From: Antechinus flavipes | Taxonomy: Eukaryota | NCBI RefSeq assembly: GCF_016432865.1 | Contig: NC_067398.1 | Coordinates: 483,662,001-483,726,000 of the forward strand | Length of the DNA: 64,000 bases | Reading direction: 5' to 3' | In this document: in pieces, positions 1 to 12,361 of the stretch | Layout: each line of letters opens with the position of its first letter | Position numbering within the stretch: position 1 is the first letter of the stretch | Made by a program: the position numbers and the translations under genes | The notes under the pieces: model-generated | The model's database searches: none | What the model was told of the DNA's origin: nothing | The model's input: only the letters and a program-made list of their open reading frames with translations

Positions 1-2089
1 CCTTTTCTCTCCCTACTTCTTCAAAGAAAGGAGGAATTTGACTTATTATATCTTCTTTGGAACCAAACTTGGTCTTTATTATTTTATATTGTTCAGTTTT
101 AAATATTCTGTTATTGTTCAGTGTTTTGTAAATGTAGTTTGTAATACCTAGTGGATTTTTTTAGGTAATATAAATAATAATAGTTGCTTACAGTTAGTTG
201 TATAACACCTTAGTTTACAAAGCATTTTACATGCAGCATCCTATTTTATTTCTTTATTATATATCCTTACACATACACACACGCGCACATTATATATGTG
301 TGTGTGTGTATATATTTATAGATCTACTTCAAAAAACTGTGATTCCAAAATAATGCGAATCATAACATTTTAATTTTGACAGGGAACTTTAGAATGATTA
401 TATCTAACACCTTTCCCCCCACTCTCCTCCTTGGCCTTTTAAATAGATGAGGCCAGAAAGGTTGAGGGATGTGTTCAAATATGGTTTACCTTTGAAATCT
501 GCAGGGAAAAGTAAAATGCCTTAGACTTGGTTGATTTTAGGATACTTATTTCATCTTTGATGTCTTATTGTTGAACTAGTATTCTAAACTTTTAGTACTA
601 AATTGAGTATGATTGGTTGGAGCCACTTTATAAAAATCCTTTAAAGTAGATAAAAAAAATCATAGGTCCTTGAATCACTAAATATTTTGTCATACAAGTA
701 AAAATAGTGCTTAGTAGTAAATTAAATAATATATTATGAGCTTCAGTTTTAGATTTGCAGAAAAATAGAATTTCATCGAAGATTCTAAAGCTATACCTTA
801 TTGCAAGGTAGTAGAAAGATTTACAAATCTTTAATTGTTAAGATGAGAACAATTTTCTTAAAATTGTTAGATATAAACTATATGGTTTCCCTTTAGTTTA
901 TTTCTTGAAGTTAATTTTTTCCTTGTTATGCTCAGGACTAGTTAATGTTACTAGCGGGAAAATGCCACATTAATTGCCATTTAATTTTGGTAGGATTTAT
1001 AATTGAAAAGAAGTAGTATGCTTCCTGGTGCAAATCTACAATTTTTGATAAAGGAGAGTTCAATTCCTTTATACATTTTACTGTATTATTATTAGTAGTA
1101 AAATTCTAATATGAATTTTAAAGCAAATATTAGAATTTGAAATGTTCTACATTACTTCTTTCGAGTTCAAAGTTGCAACAATTATATTTTGTATATAATT
1201 GTATACATATGCTGTATCATGTATGAGAAGTTTCTGGTATTCAAAATACAGAGACTTATAAGCTGACAGTTTAGAAAATACATAATTTTTGTTTGTACTT
1301 TTTTTGCTAATCAAATATATGGTTAATTTTGGGGCTTAAATTATATTATCAGTAAAGTAAGATATATTCTTTACATTATTGGCCTTTGACAAAAATTTCT
1401 GGAAAAATTTTAGATTAACTGCAATGGGAATATACTCATTTAAATGAAGTTCAATACTCTGTAATAGGACTAAGTAAAGAATTTGAACTCTCAACTTTTC
1501 ATTTAGAATCATCATTGCTCCATGGATCCTTGCCTAAGCTTCTAGTTCTTTTTAACCATAAATATTTAGAATCTGATGAGCTGAATTTAATGACATAATT
1601 TCAAATATCTTAATTATTTACTTCAACCAGTATAATTGACTCTTTCTTTCCCATTAACTTTCTATGGTTGCTATATGCCTAGAAATAAAATGAAGAAACT
1701 GAATGCATTAAATCATTTTGAGCTACACTAAAAGGATATAAGATGGGAAGGAAAAATAATCAAAAATACAAGTAAATTAACCCTTTCTTCTTTGTCCGAT
1801 GTATTCAACCAGTTTTTGTTTAATTTTTATTGCCCTTTTTTACTTCGTTACTAAGAATACTACCTTTAAATGTGTACATGTTATGGACTTAGACTAATTT
1901 CTTAGGTTTATGTGCTATATGTATGTTGGTTGAAGAAAAAATTGCTATGTCATAATTACCAGTCTGCCATCTACTTTGTTATTTTTATTATCTTTTAAAA
2001 ATAAATTGAAGATGCTTATTTTTTCTGCTTTGTGATAATGTGCTATTGCTTAACTGTGCATAATTCTTTATAATTTACCAAAGATTTCC

Positions 2090-2260
2090 TCATCTATTAC
2101 TTCACATAAGTATCATAACAACTTTGTGAAGTAGTAGTAATGTCAATATTCCCATTTTACAGATGAAGAAACAAGGTCAGAGAAGAAAGTAACTTGTTCA
2201 AGGTTATACAATTTATAAATGATCAAATTTAGGTCTTTTGACTCCAAGGACATTGTTTAT
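2090..2260 (-). mobile_element. MIR (CORE-SINE) fragment
   Basis: cccattttacagatgaagaaacaaggtcagagaagaaagtaacttgttcaaggttatac resembles the MIR core on the reverse strand. Confidence 0.65.
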
Positions 2261-3251
2261 TATTTTTATTAGCAATTTTCCACACAGAATAATGGGTTTT
2301 ATATGCACAAAAGGGAAATTAGGGGAATTTAACCTAGTTTTAGTATTTTTGGTTATATTGCTCCTTGTTTCTTTTTGATAGCATATGTTTCCTAAATTTC
2401 TCTTTGTATTTTACCCACTCTTCTGCAAGAGGATCTGTACTTTATTTCTTATTAAGATATATTATTATTCAGCTATTTTGGAACCCCTTCCAGTATTTTA
2501 CATAGTACTTTTTAAGTTGTAAGAGGATATTCAACATGTTGTCACTGAGAAAAAATTGTTAGTTATTGATATATATATGTTATATGTATATAACAGTATA
2601 TTGTTAGATAAGACCAAATTCAATTTTAGTGAATGTTTTATATTGTTTATACAGAAAATCATGACCTTTTGTAGTTATGAGAACAAATTCAAATGAAAAA
2701 AAAATGTATAGTCAGTGTGCTTAATAATTCAGTGAGTTAATTTGATATGACTAAATACATATGTCCATACGAGCAAATATATTTCTTACTAATATATGCT
2801 CTGTTGTAGTATAATTCATTTTGAGATATATATTTACCTATAATTCTGTTCAATAGAGATTTTTTACCAAAATACTATAAGATTATTGTTAATAAAAGTC
2901 TCATTTATAATTTAGAATCATGGCATAGTACTCTGTTTTAAATGTGTAGTACCTTTTTTTTCTTATAGCTAAAATGTAGTGTTCTCTTATGTACTTACCC
3001 CAGGCAAGTTGAAAAAAATAAGAATTTATATAGGTTTCACACAGCTTAATTACCATTTTAATTTCTTAAGGCATGCTTTTTTTTTCTTTTAAGAAATTAT
3101 CTTTTGGGGGGAGGGAGGGAAACAATTATTTCCTTATTCTTTTCTGAAGGTTGAATTTTCATGTTTTCATTAAACTGTCTACATTTATTAGTTTTAATTT
3201 AAATGTTGCCTTATGGAGAATTTTACTTTGTAAATATTTTCTCAATTTCAG

Positions 3252-3341
3252 CTACTACTCCATGGTTTGAATCTTACCGAGAAAGTTTTCTTCAGTCCAT
3301 GCCAGCATCAGATCATGAATTTCTAAACCACTATTTGGCAT
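3252..3341 (+). CDS. TRAPPC8: TRAPPC8 window exon 1 (90 nt, phase 1-1)
   Basis: tttcag acceptor; encodes (A)TTPWFESYRESFLQSMPASDHEFLNHYLA; ends at the U12 donor GTATCCTTT. Confidence 0.95.
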
Positions 3342-6270
3342 GTATCCTTTAAATTTAAAAATATGTATTGTTAGTTTTGAAAGCATTTTTATGCAGAAAA
3401 ATTATGCAAATTGAATGAAAATGATCCTAATACTTTAATCTTTGATGATTATCTCAAGTGTCATTGCCACACTTGTCTAGGTTGTTATTAATCAAAGAGA
3501 AAACAAAAAGCACCTGTTAAAACGTTTACTATATGCTAGGCATTATGCTAAGTGCTGGGGATACAAAGAAGGGCAAAAAAGCAAAACCAGCCCCTGTGTT
3601 GGCGTTTCTGGGAGAAAACGTGCAAGTAAGTAAAGATATACAAGATAAATTGGAGATAATCTTAGGGGGGGAAATGCTAATAGCATTAAGGGATGGGAGG
3701 GTGCAAAATAGAAGTAAGAAAATTGCCACTCCTCAAGGAGCTCGAGTTCTAAATGGGGGGGGGCATATATTTAAATAACAGGTATGTGTCTAAGATAACA
3801 TAGAAAATAGATGGAAAATAATCTCAGAGAGGAAGGCATTATCAGCAAGAAAGGCCTCTTGCAAAAGGTGGAATTTGAGACTTAAAGGAAGCCAAGAAAC
3901 TGAGGTGAGGAGATAAAGTAGGCACAGGAATAGCCAGTGCAAAGGCACAAAAACAGGAAAGGGGGTGTCTTCTGCAAGCATTAGCAAATAGATTATCATA
4001 ATTTTGTCAGAGTGTGGGGAGGATAGAGAATAACGAATAGAGAAGTAAAAAGATCAGGTTTTGAAGAGAGCTTTAGATGCCAACCCTGAGGAGTTTATAG
4101 TTGTTTCTCAGAGAGATTCACTGGAGTTTAGTAAGGAGTAACATAGTCTGATTTTTGCTTTAGGAAAATCAATTTGACAGTTGAGTAAAAGATGAATTGG
4201 AGTAAGGGGAGACTTGAGACAAGGAGATAAATTAGAAGGTTCTATAGTAATCTAAATGATATATATTGAGGGTCTTACCTAGGGTGGTGGCTGTATAAGA
4301 AAAGGGAACTTATATGAAAGATGGATATGAGAAGAAAGCAAAGACAAGATTGGTAGTAGATATATTTATTGAAGTGAGAGAGAGAGAGAAGAAGCATGAC
4401 AAAGATTAGGACACTGGACAACTAGGATAATGATCATGCCCTTGACTGAAATAGGGACATTAAGGGGAAAATATTTGGAGGAGGGGGGAAAGATAAGCTA
4501 ATTTTTTTTATATTTTGATTTTAAAATACCCATGGGACAGTCACTTTGAGATGGCTGAAAGACATTTAGTGATGTAGGGGCTATAACTAAGGATCAAGAC
4601 TGGGCCTCACTATATAGATCTTGGGATCATCAATATAGAAAGGAGAACTGAATAAACTTAAAGGATATGATGAGATTACCAAGGGCCAGATAATGTAGAT
4701 GAGAAAAAAAGAAGTGAACCTAAGATAATCTTGGGGGTATACTCATGTTTAATGAGCATGATTTGGATGAAGACCTTCCAAAGAAAGACTGAGAAAGCAT
4801 TGTCTTGAAAATCTAGAGAGTATATTGTGTCATAGGTTGCAGAGAGGTCAAGAAAGGTAAGAATCGAAAAAAGATCATTAGATTTGGTAATTAAGAAATT
4901 TTTGTTAATATGGAGAGAGCAAGTTCATTTGAATGTTGAAATTGGAAGTCAAATTACAGAAGGTTTAGGAAATAGTAAGAAGAGGTGGAAATAGCTACTA
5001 TAATAGATGCATTTCTTAAAGTATCTAACTGAGAAGCAGAACAGAGTTACAGTATAAGAGTTTGTGGGGATAATTGGATTAAGTAAAGGTATTTTAAAGA
5101 TGAAGGAAGTATGAGCATGTTTGTAGGCAGCAAGGAAGGAGCCAAGAGATTGATAATGAGAATGAGAATGATAAAGGCAATTTGCTGGAAAGGACAATAG
5201 AGGATAGGATGAAGAAGACATTAAGATGTGTTGTCTTGGGCACAAGGTAAAAGGCTACCACTTCATGTGAGATGGGTTCAAAAGGAAATAGGTAAGTTCT
5301 CTGAATGACATGAGATGAGGCAGAAGAGAGAAGAGGCAGCCATTGGCAAATGGTCCTCATTTTTCAGTGAAGTTTGTGGTAAGGTCTCAGCCTACTGAGA
5401 GTGTCATAAAAGCCTTAAGGTTTAAGACACAAAGGTTGAAAATAGCTGTTGTGGAGAGTGAAATAATGAATTGGTTACAGAACACTTGAAAGTCAAAAGA
5501 GTTAAGGAAAAAGTTGTCCATTCACCTTCTCTTCAAATTAGATATAGTTTTCAGAAAGAAGAACCATAAATTCATAATAGTAATTGCCTTCTTGTTTTCT
5601 TATGATCCTAATACTTTAAAAATTAGGGATCCAAGAGAAATTATCCTTAGAATTAATCTCACGTTCTAGAGGAAGCTGTTTCATCCCCATGAATATGCTT
5701 ATTCTAAATTTAATGACAGAATATATATGCATTTATGTAGATTTATTTGTTTCTATAGATATACTTCTGTAGAGGTAGATATCTGTAAATTTAGATCTAG
5801 ATCGATATCTATATATCAGTACATTGGAAGTTAAGATTAGATTAAGTTCTTAAGAATTTTTTTTAATTGTTTATACAATATATTGTTTATATTGTATAGT
5901 TTTTTTTCATAGTTTTCTGTCTGCCTGCCTATCTTTGTACCCCTCTTGTCTATGTACAAATTTTGAAGTTGGTGTGTGTGGCCTTTGAGTTTTCTCTTGT
6001 GAGTAATAGGATCAGTATCCCAGCTTGAAAGTAATGGACTGCTAATTGGAAAAAATACCTTAACATTAAAATAGATTTACTTGGGTTATACTTTGGGTAT
6101 AAGGAAGTTAAATTTTGATTATTAGCTTTCAGGCAGTAAAAGAATAAATAGTTCTAATAAATGTCTTTGATCTCACTATGTTTATAGTTATATAAGGTTT
6201 GAACTTATTACACTGAAACCACTTATGTATCATTATGCATTTTGATAGTTCCCTTAATGTATTTTACAAG
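3342..6270 (+). other. U12-type (minor spliceosome) GT-AG intron
   Basis: 5' site GTATCCTTT; branch-like CCCTTAAT at 6251-6258, 12 nt before the exon; no polypyrimidine tract. Confidence 0.9.
3490..5470 (-). mobile_element. L2 LINE remnant (about 2 kb) inside the U12 intron
   Basis: Begins with the antisense L2 3' end (tactatatgctaggcattatgctaagtgctggggatacaaag) and continues as purine-rich antisense ORF2 sequence. Confidence 0.75.
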
Positions 6271-6445
6271 GTATGTTAGTAGCATCTTCTAGTGAACCTG
6301 AACCTGTGGAACAGTTTTTGAAATTGTCACAAGAGCAGCATCGAATTCAGCACAGCAGTGACTATTCCTACCCCAAATGGTTTATACCAAATACACTTAA
6401 GTATTACGTCTTGTTGCATGATGTAAGTGCAGGAGATGAACAAAG
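6271..6445 (+). CDS. TRAPPC8: TRAPPC8 window exon 2 (175 nt, phase 1-2)
   Basis: (C)MLVASSSEPEPVEQFLKLSQEQHRIQHSSDYSYPKWFIPNTLKYYVLLHDVSAGDEQ; donor AG|gtaggc. Confidence 0.95.
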
Positions 6446-7174
6446 GTAGGCTTCTTGTTATGTTAGTTAAAATGTTGTTGATCTGAATCTGTTGATTTAA
6501 GAAAGAAAATTTTTTTGATATCTTGAGTCTGTTAATAATCACAGCTTTTTACTCTTTTGCTCTGGTATTCTTCTAAATGTCTAAATTTTATCACATTGGC
6601 CAACTGAAATCATCCAAATCAGTCTCTTCTATACATAAAGATTTTACTGTTAATTAACATCTATTAGATTGTATTGATAGTTTATTTTTGAGGAAAAGTT
6701 TTTATTTATTTGTTGGTCAGTTACAGTAAAAAACAATTTTAGATCTTTTTATCTAATAGAATGGGATATTTATTTAATAAATTTGAGGTAGTCCATCATG
6801 CCATTCATTAAAGACTCTGCAACTGGAAAGAGAATATGTTAACATAATTCCCTCTGTGCTTTCAATTTCTTCTTTTCCTCTTTCTCCTTTCAAACTTTTT
6901 GAAAGGAATAGTAGTAATAAAGTTAACTGTAGCAGATGCTAACCTGCTATATTCTGCTAGTTTAGATTCTCACAAGATCTTCAAATTCAGACAAGTTTTT
7001 AGTCAAACTATTTTGAGTTTTAATTATGCATTGTTATTAGATAAATTGCAATATTAAAATTTTGGTCTGTCAGTTTACTTTTTCTGGATTTGTTTTAAAG
7101 ACATGAGTAATCTCTTAACATTGCATAAAGAATGCCATTTGACACATCTTTTTTTTCTGTTTTTAACATTTCAG

Positions 7175-7328
7175 AGCTGATTCAATTTATGAGGAAATGA
7201 AACAGAGATATGGAACTCAGGGTTGCTATTTGCTTAAAATTAATTCTCGAACATCAAATCGATCATCAGATGAACAGATACCAGATCCTTGGAGTCAGTA
7301 TCTTCAGAAAAATAGTATTCAAAACCAG
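7175..7328 (+). CDS. TRAPPC8: TRAPPC8 window exon 3 (154 nt, phase 2-0)
   Basis: (R)ADSIYEEMKQRYGTQGCYLLKINSRTSNRSSDEQIPDPWSQYLQKNSIQNQ; tttcag / gtatat. Confidence 0.95.
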
Positions 7329-8470
7329 GTATATGTAAAAATAAGCAAATAAAGTTCAAACACAAATTCTCCAAATCTTTATGATGGCTTTTGAATGACT
7401 TTTTTTCTCCCATACTGTAGGACTGACTGTAACTATAATGGTACTACAGTTTTAGTTTTTGGAATCTCACTAATTAAACAGAGTCATGAGCAAACTAGCA
7501 TTAGAACAAGTAGTTTGAGTTTATTTTAACCATCATTGACAAATCCTTCCTTACATAGCTATGCTTTTTTCTAGATAAGAAAAATGAGTTAGCTGATCAA
7601 GTAATTGAAAAATTATTTGCACAATTGAATTTGTATTATCTTCTAGGAGTGTAGAAGATAGAATTTATATTTTATAAATTTATTCTATGTGAATGTCTGT
7701 AGCAAACTTGATTAGTCACTTATTCTTGATATTAGTAGTCTCTTTCTCTGACAAACTCATCCATCATCCTGACACCTTTTCTACCTTATGTTATTTAGAT
7801 GCATGGAATTTTCTTTCTGACTTATAACTTCTTTATTCCTTATAAGACCTTCTTCATTTTTGTTTCCTACTCTCTTCCTTGTACTCACTTAATAAAAGAG
7901 CCATTTTGGCAGGAAAACACTGAGGTGGAGCAAATTCTTCCCTAATTTGTAAGATTTACATTCCATATTAGAATTTACCGATTAATGTGTTGTTTTTGGT
8001 GTGTTAACTGTTTTGGTATGTTGACTGTAACTTCCCTAATAAGAAAAGCTTCTTTTAAGGAAGTAAAAGATATTTTGATATATTATATAGAATAAAATCA
8101 TTAATGGTTTGGGTAGTGTTTTGCTTTTTTAATATACTAAATATGACCTAAAAATCTCAATTGTAAAGAATTTGCATTTTATTTCCTCTGGGTTTCTAAG
8201 ATGACTGTTAATGATTAATCTATATATTTCTTTTTATGTACAAATTTATCCATACATAGTGACTTTTTACTTACATAGAAATCATCCCAGAGCTGATATT
8301 TCACTTAACTTAAGAAATTGTTCCAGCTCTTGATTGCTAATGTTTCTTACATGGTGCTAAACGTTTGCAAAGACAATGCAATAAGAAATTAACCAGTTGG
8401 ATGCGAGAGAATTTAAAACTTAAGAAAAAAAATCAACTAAATAGTTCCCTTCAAGGCTACATTTATATAG

Positions 8471-8512
8471 GAATGCCCAGAGACTTTGAAAGTATTTGAG
8501 GTGGGACAGAAG
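8471..8512 (+). other. Candidate 42-nt in-frame cassette exon (ECPETLKVFEVGQK)
   Basis: tatag acceptor, AAG|GTAAGC donor, 14 sense codons, in a phase-0 intron. Confidence 0.5.
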
Positions 8513-9049
8513 GTAAGCTGGCCAGAGTGGAGAATTATGGCCGATAGTACTCTAGTAAGGATTAGCTAATATTCACACAAGCATATAGAATGCTGATGTA
8601 CATCTTATGTGAAATGCCCAGATGTATTTAATTCTCAAAATAGATACCACTATAATCTTTTAAAATACATCCATCTTAATCAAACACATATTGTTCAGTT
8701 TTCTGAGATACACTTTACTATGCCTAATTAGCTGTTTGACTGTTCTTTTTCTCCAACATCCTACTCTTTTATAGACAATGTGAATAAGTATCTTTAAATT
8801 TAAGGAATGCATGTATATTCAATGAATAAATATACTGATGAAATGAATTACATTTGAAACAATTAGCATAGCTGAATGGCAATGTAAATAGGTAAGTAGA
8901 TGAAGTTAATGGTTAGGAAATAAATATTGTTCTTTTAGAAAGTATACTTGTCAGATAGAATCAGCAAAGTAATCCTATTGTGATATTAGGTTTGGTGATT
9001 TTGTATTATTACCCAAGTATAGTTTCTAATCCATTTTTTCTTTTAATAG

Positions 9050-9143
9050 GAATCATATGAAGATGGTCCTTACACTATAGCTTCAAATAAAAATGCTGAT
9101 AATAGCATGCTTTCGTTGGATGGATTAGATAATGAAGTCAAAG
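9050..9143 (+). CDS. TRAPPC8: TRAPPC8 window exon 4 (94 nt, phase 0-1)
   Basis: ESYEDGPYTIASNKNADNSMLSLDGLDNEVK; taatag / gtcttt (weak donor). Confidence 0.9.
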
Positions 9144-9777
9144 GTCTTTATTTTTTTAATTAAAAAAATTTTTTTTGCCAGTTTTTCATTATGAAAAAGT
9201 TTGTTAAATTGCTAAAAATAGATCAACTTTTATACCCAAAGATGATTCCATTTTGACATGTTAATTTTTATTCTGGAGACTTGAGTTAAATTGATTATAG
9301 TTGTTTCATGTAAAAAATAATTCTTTTAAAATAGTTATATAAATGAATTTTTTAATTCTTAAGAAAGTAGTAAGGGTATTAAGAGTAACTTTAAATGCAA
9401 CTTGATATTTTTAATAATTTAAGAATTTCACTATTATATATTTAATATGTTTTGTTAAGAAATTAATTGTAATAGCTTCTTTTATATTTGATTTTTGACC
9501 TTTTAAAAAATATTCTAATTTTTCCCAAAACATTTCAGTTTTCTTTAGATTTCTTAATTAAGATGAATTTTTTGAGTCATACTGTATGAAGTAAGAATTA
9601 ATTTTTAGTTTTGCTCACAAAGTTTGGGATTTTAGGGGCATAAATCTTGTTATCTAAATTTTACCCATTAAGGTTAAATGCAAGTATAAATTTGATAATT
9701 ACAGTTTTCTGTCTAATCAGTACAGTAATTTTGTATTACATAATGTTAACAAAAGAAAACCTCCATTTTTTAAATAG

Positions 9778-10034
9778 ATGGTTTACCAAATAACTTCAAA
9801 GCTCACCCACTTCAATTGGACCAATCCAGTGACCCTGCCAGCAACTTTGATGGAACTGATCACATAAAATCTGCTGTGTCATTACATGAAACAAAAAAAA
9901 TGAACACAGGAATACTTCATGGTGCATGTTTAACCCTCACTGATCATGATCGAATTAGACAGTTCATACAAGAATTCACATTTCGAGGTCTTTTGCCACA
10001 TGTAGAGAAAACAATTCGGCAACTAAATGATCAG
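9778..10034 (+). CDS. TRAPPC8: TRAPPC8 window exon 5 (257 nt, phase 1-0)
   Basis: (D)GLPNNFKAHPLQLDQSSD...HGACLTLTDHDRIRQFIQEFTFRGLLPHVEKTIRQLNDQ; overlaps ORF 9816-10049. Confidence 0.95.
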
Positions 10035-10093
10035 GTAAAATTTCAGTAAATGATAAAAAATGAAAAAAAAATGTTCTAATTTGCTATTTGTCA

Positions 10094-10230
10094 AAGAGGC
10101 AGTATGGTATAATGGAATGGAGTCTGTAGTTAGGAGACTTGGGTTCTAGGTGTAGCTCTGGCACTTAACAGCCATGTGAACACAGTTAAGTCACTTAAAC
10201 TTTAAAATTTCACTTTTCATCATCAGTTGA
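10094..10230 (+). mobile_element. MIR
   Basis: gaggcagtatggtataatgg...ctgggttc-like segment...aagtcacttaa MIR head and core. Confidence 0.65.
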
Positions 10231-11129
10231 AAAAAAATCTATAATAATCTTTTTTATTGAATACCTGGATACTAAGTAAACTATTAAAGCACTACAGAAA
10301 AATAACTTATACTTAAAGACAGCTTAATGTTCTTTTAAAGTTAGTTCTACCTTAGTCTTTGTTAATAGTATATTAATATACTTGAAATAAGCCCACAAAT
10401 ATATGTGAATAAATATTCATGACATTTACATAAAATATTGTGCAAAGGTCTGAAATTGATGAGGTCTTATGCATTTTTAAACTTTAAATTTCATTATTGG
10501 CAGAAAAGTCTTTTCACATACAGATAATTCTTTATGAAAATCCACATTATGCAAATTCAACCTTATGTAAAGAATTCTGAAAGAAATTTGCATACCTCTG
10601 TTAATTTTACAGTACTGTGCATACTTTATCACTAATCTTTACTTTTCATTTCCTAATTCTGTTTATTATCTTGGTACAGTATTTAATGTCTACATTTTAG
10701 TACATTTTATGATATGAAATGATATTATTTTGTGTATGCCTTTGTTATATAGGGCAAATTTGTATTACATAGAAATCACTAATATAGAGATCTGTGGAAT
10801 GGTCCACTTAAAGCGAGAACTGTTTGTAATTATATACCCAAAGACAGTCTCCATGCATATGGAAGAAATAAAATCCTCAAAGGTACATGAACCTTTATGT
10901 ATAATTGGACATACTTCCACTAAACAGATTTTATTTTGAAATTTAGAAGTATTAAGCTATGAGCATAACTGTATACTTACTATCATTACAAACAGATTTC
11001 CCAAATTTGCTGTTTGAAAAATCTGATCAAAAATCAAATACTGGGAATACTTACTATTGGCTCTATTAGAACTCAAACTTTAATTAACTGAGATTTTGGG
11101 AGAAGAAAACTCATCAGATATAAGGTTTT

Positions 11130-11625
11130 TAATGGTGTATGAGCTGAATATGAGTTGTCAGTGTGACATGATAACCAAAAAAAGATATTAATATTTTATG
11201 TTCCCTTAAGAGGGATAGAATCCAGAATGAAGGTGGTGGTAATTCTATTCTACTTTATTCTCATCAAACCATATAAAATCATCTTGCTCAGTATATTTTT
11301 AATAAGATATTAACTCACAATGGTGAAGAGGCTAAAATCTATACCAGATAAAGATGGGATGGGAGAGGTGAGAGAAAGAAAGCAATGTACAGATGTCATC
11401 TTCAAGTATCTAGTTGTGTAAGGAGGATTGGATTTCAGTTTTGTGTTAAAAATCCAGATTGAGGTTATCAGGAAGGTTTAAAGTGGAATAGAAACCTATG
11501 TAAGTAATCTGTCTATTCAAAGATAGAAGCCTGAATGAGTACTAATCAGGGATGTTATAAACATGATATGTCAGGTTGGATTCTGTCCTCTGAAAGATCT
11601 CTTTTAGGGCTCAGATTCTGTTACA
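11130..11625 (+). mobile_element. L3/CR1 3' fragment
   Basis: atgagttgtcagtgtgacatgataaccaaaaaaag...atagaatccaga and a MIR3/L3-like tail. Confidence 0.55.
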
Positions 11626-12012
11626 GTGTGGAAAAGATTATCTTTCATTAAACCTGTACTTATAAAATTTTGTTAGCTTGAAGAACTTCCGGTATAAAAA
11701 CTCAATTTACAGGTGCAAATTAGCATCATGCCTATAATATATAGTATCAGACAAATGTTTAGGGTTTAGAGAAGTTAAGTGACCTCATAGTCACATTGCT
11801 AACTTAGAGGCAAAACTTGAATCTGTGTCTTCTGACTCTGCAACTGGCCTCTCTATGCATTATATACTCTATTGCTTTTAATTATTTAAATAAGACAGCT
11901 TTTAATACTGAACTGCTTGATTTGTCACTATTCTTCAAGCACCCTGTAACTATTCACTGAGTGACTGTCGTAGGTGACGTCTGATTGATAAATGCTTTCA
12001 TCAGTCATTTTT

Positions 12013-12361
12013 ATTTTTATTTTATTTTATTTTTTTTACAAAGATAGTTTTCAACATTCACCCTTGTAAAACCTGGTGTTCCCGATTTCTCTTCATCTCT
12101 CCCCACTTCCTCCCTTTCCTAATCAGCAAGTAATCCAATATAGATTAAACATTTGCAATTCAGGGCAGTTAGGTGGTGAAGTGGATAGAGCACCAGCCCT
12201 GAAGTTAGGAGGACCTGAGTTCAAATCTGTCCTCAAGACACTTAACATTTCCTGGCTGTGTGACCCTGGGCAAGTCACTTAACCCCAAATTGCCTCAGCC
12301 AAAAAAAAAAAAAGAAAAAAAAAAGCAATTCTCCTACACATTTTTCCACATTTATTATATC
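12013..12361 (-). mobile_element. 5'-truncated L1 3' end with 11-bp TSD, interrupted by a SINE
   Basis: CAGTCATTTTT at 12002-12012 and 12362-12372; similar to L1 3' ends at 17652 and 63845. Confidence 0.8.
12162..12324 (+). mobile_element. WSINE1-like short CORE-SINE with poly(A)
   Basis: gggcagttaggtggtgaagtggatagagcacc...gcctcagcc(A)n; TSD GCAATTC at 12155-12161 and 12325-12331. Confidence 0.85.

Noticed and set aside
5745-5815. Cluster of short palindromes (TAGATCTA, ATCGAT, GATATC)
   Set aside because: Consistent with a decayed (TAGA/TA)n microsatellite; no long stem.
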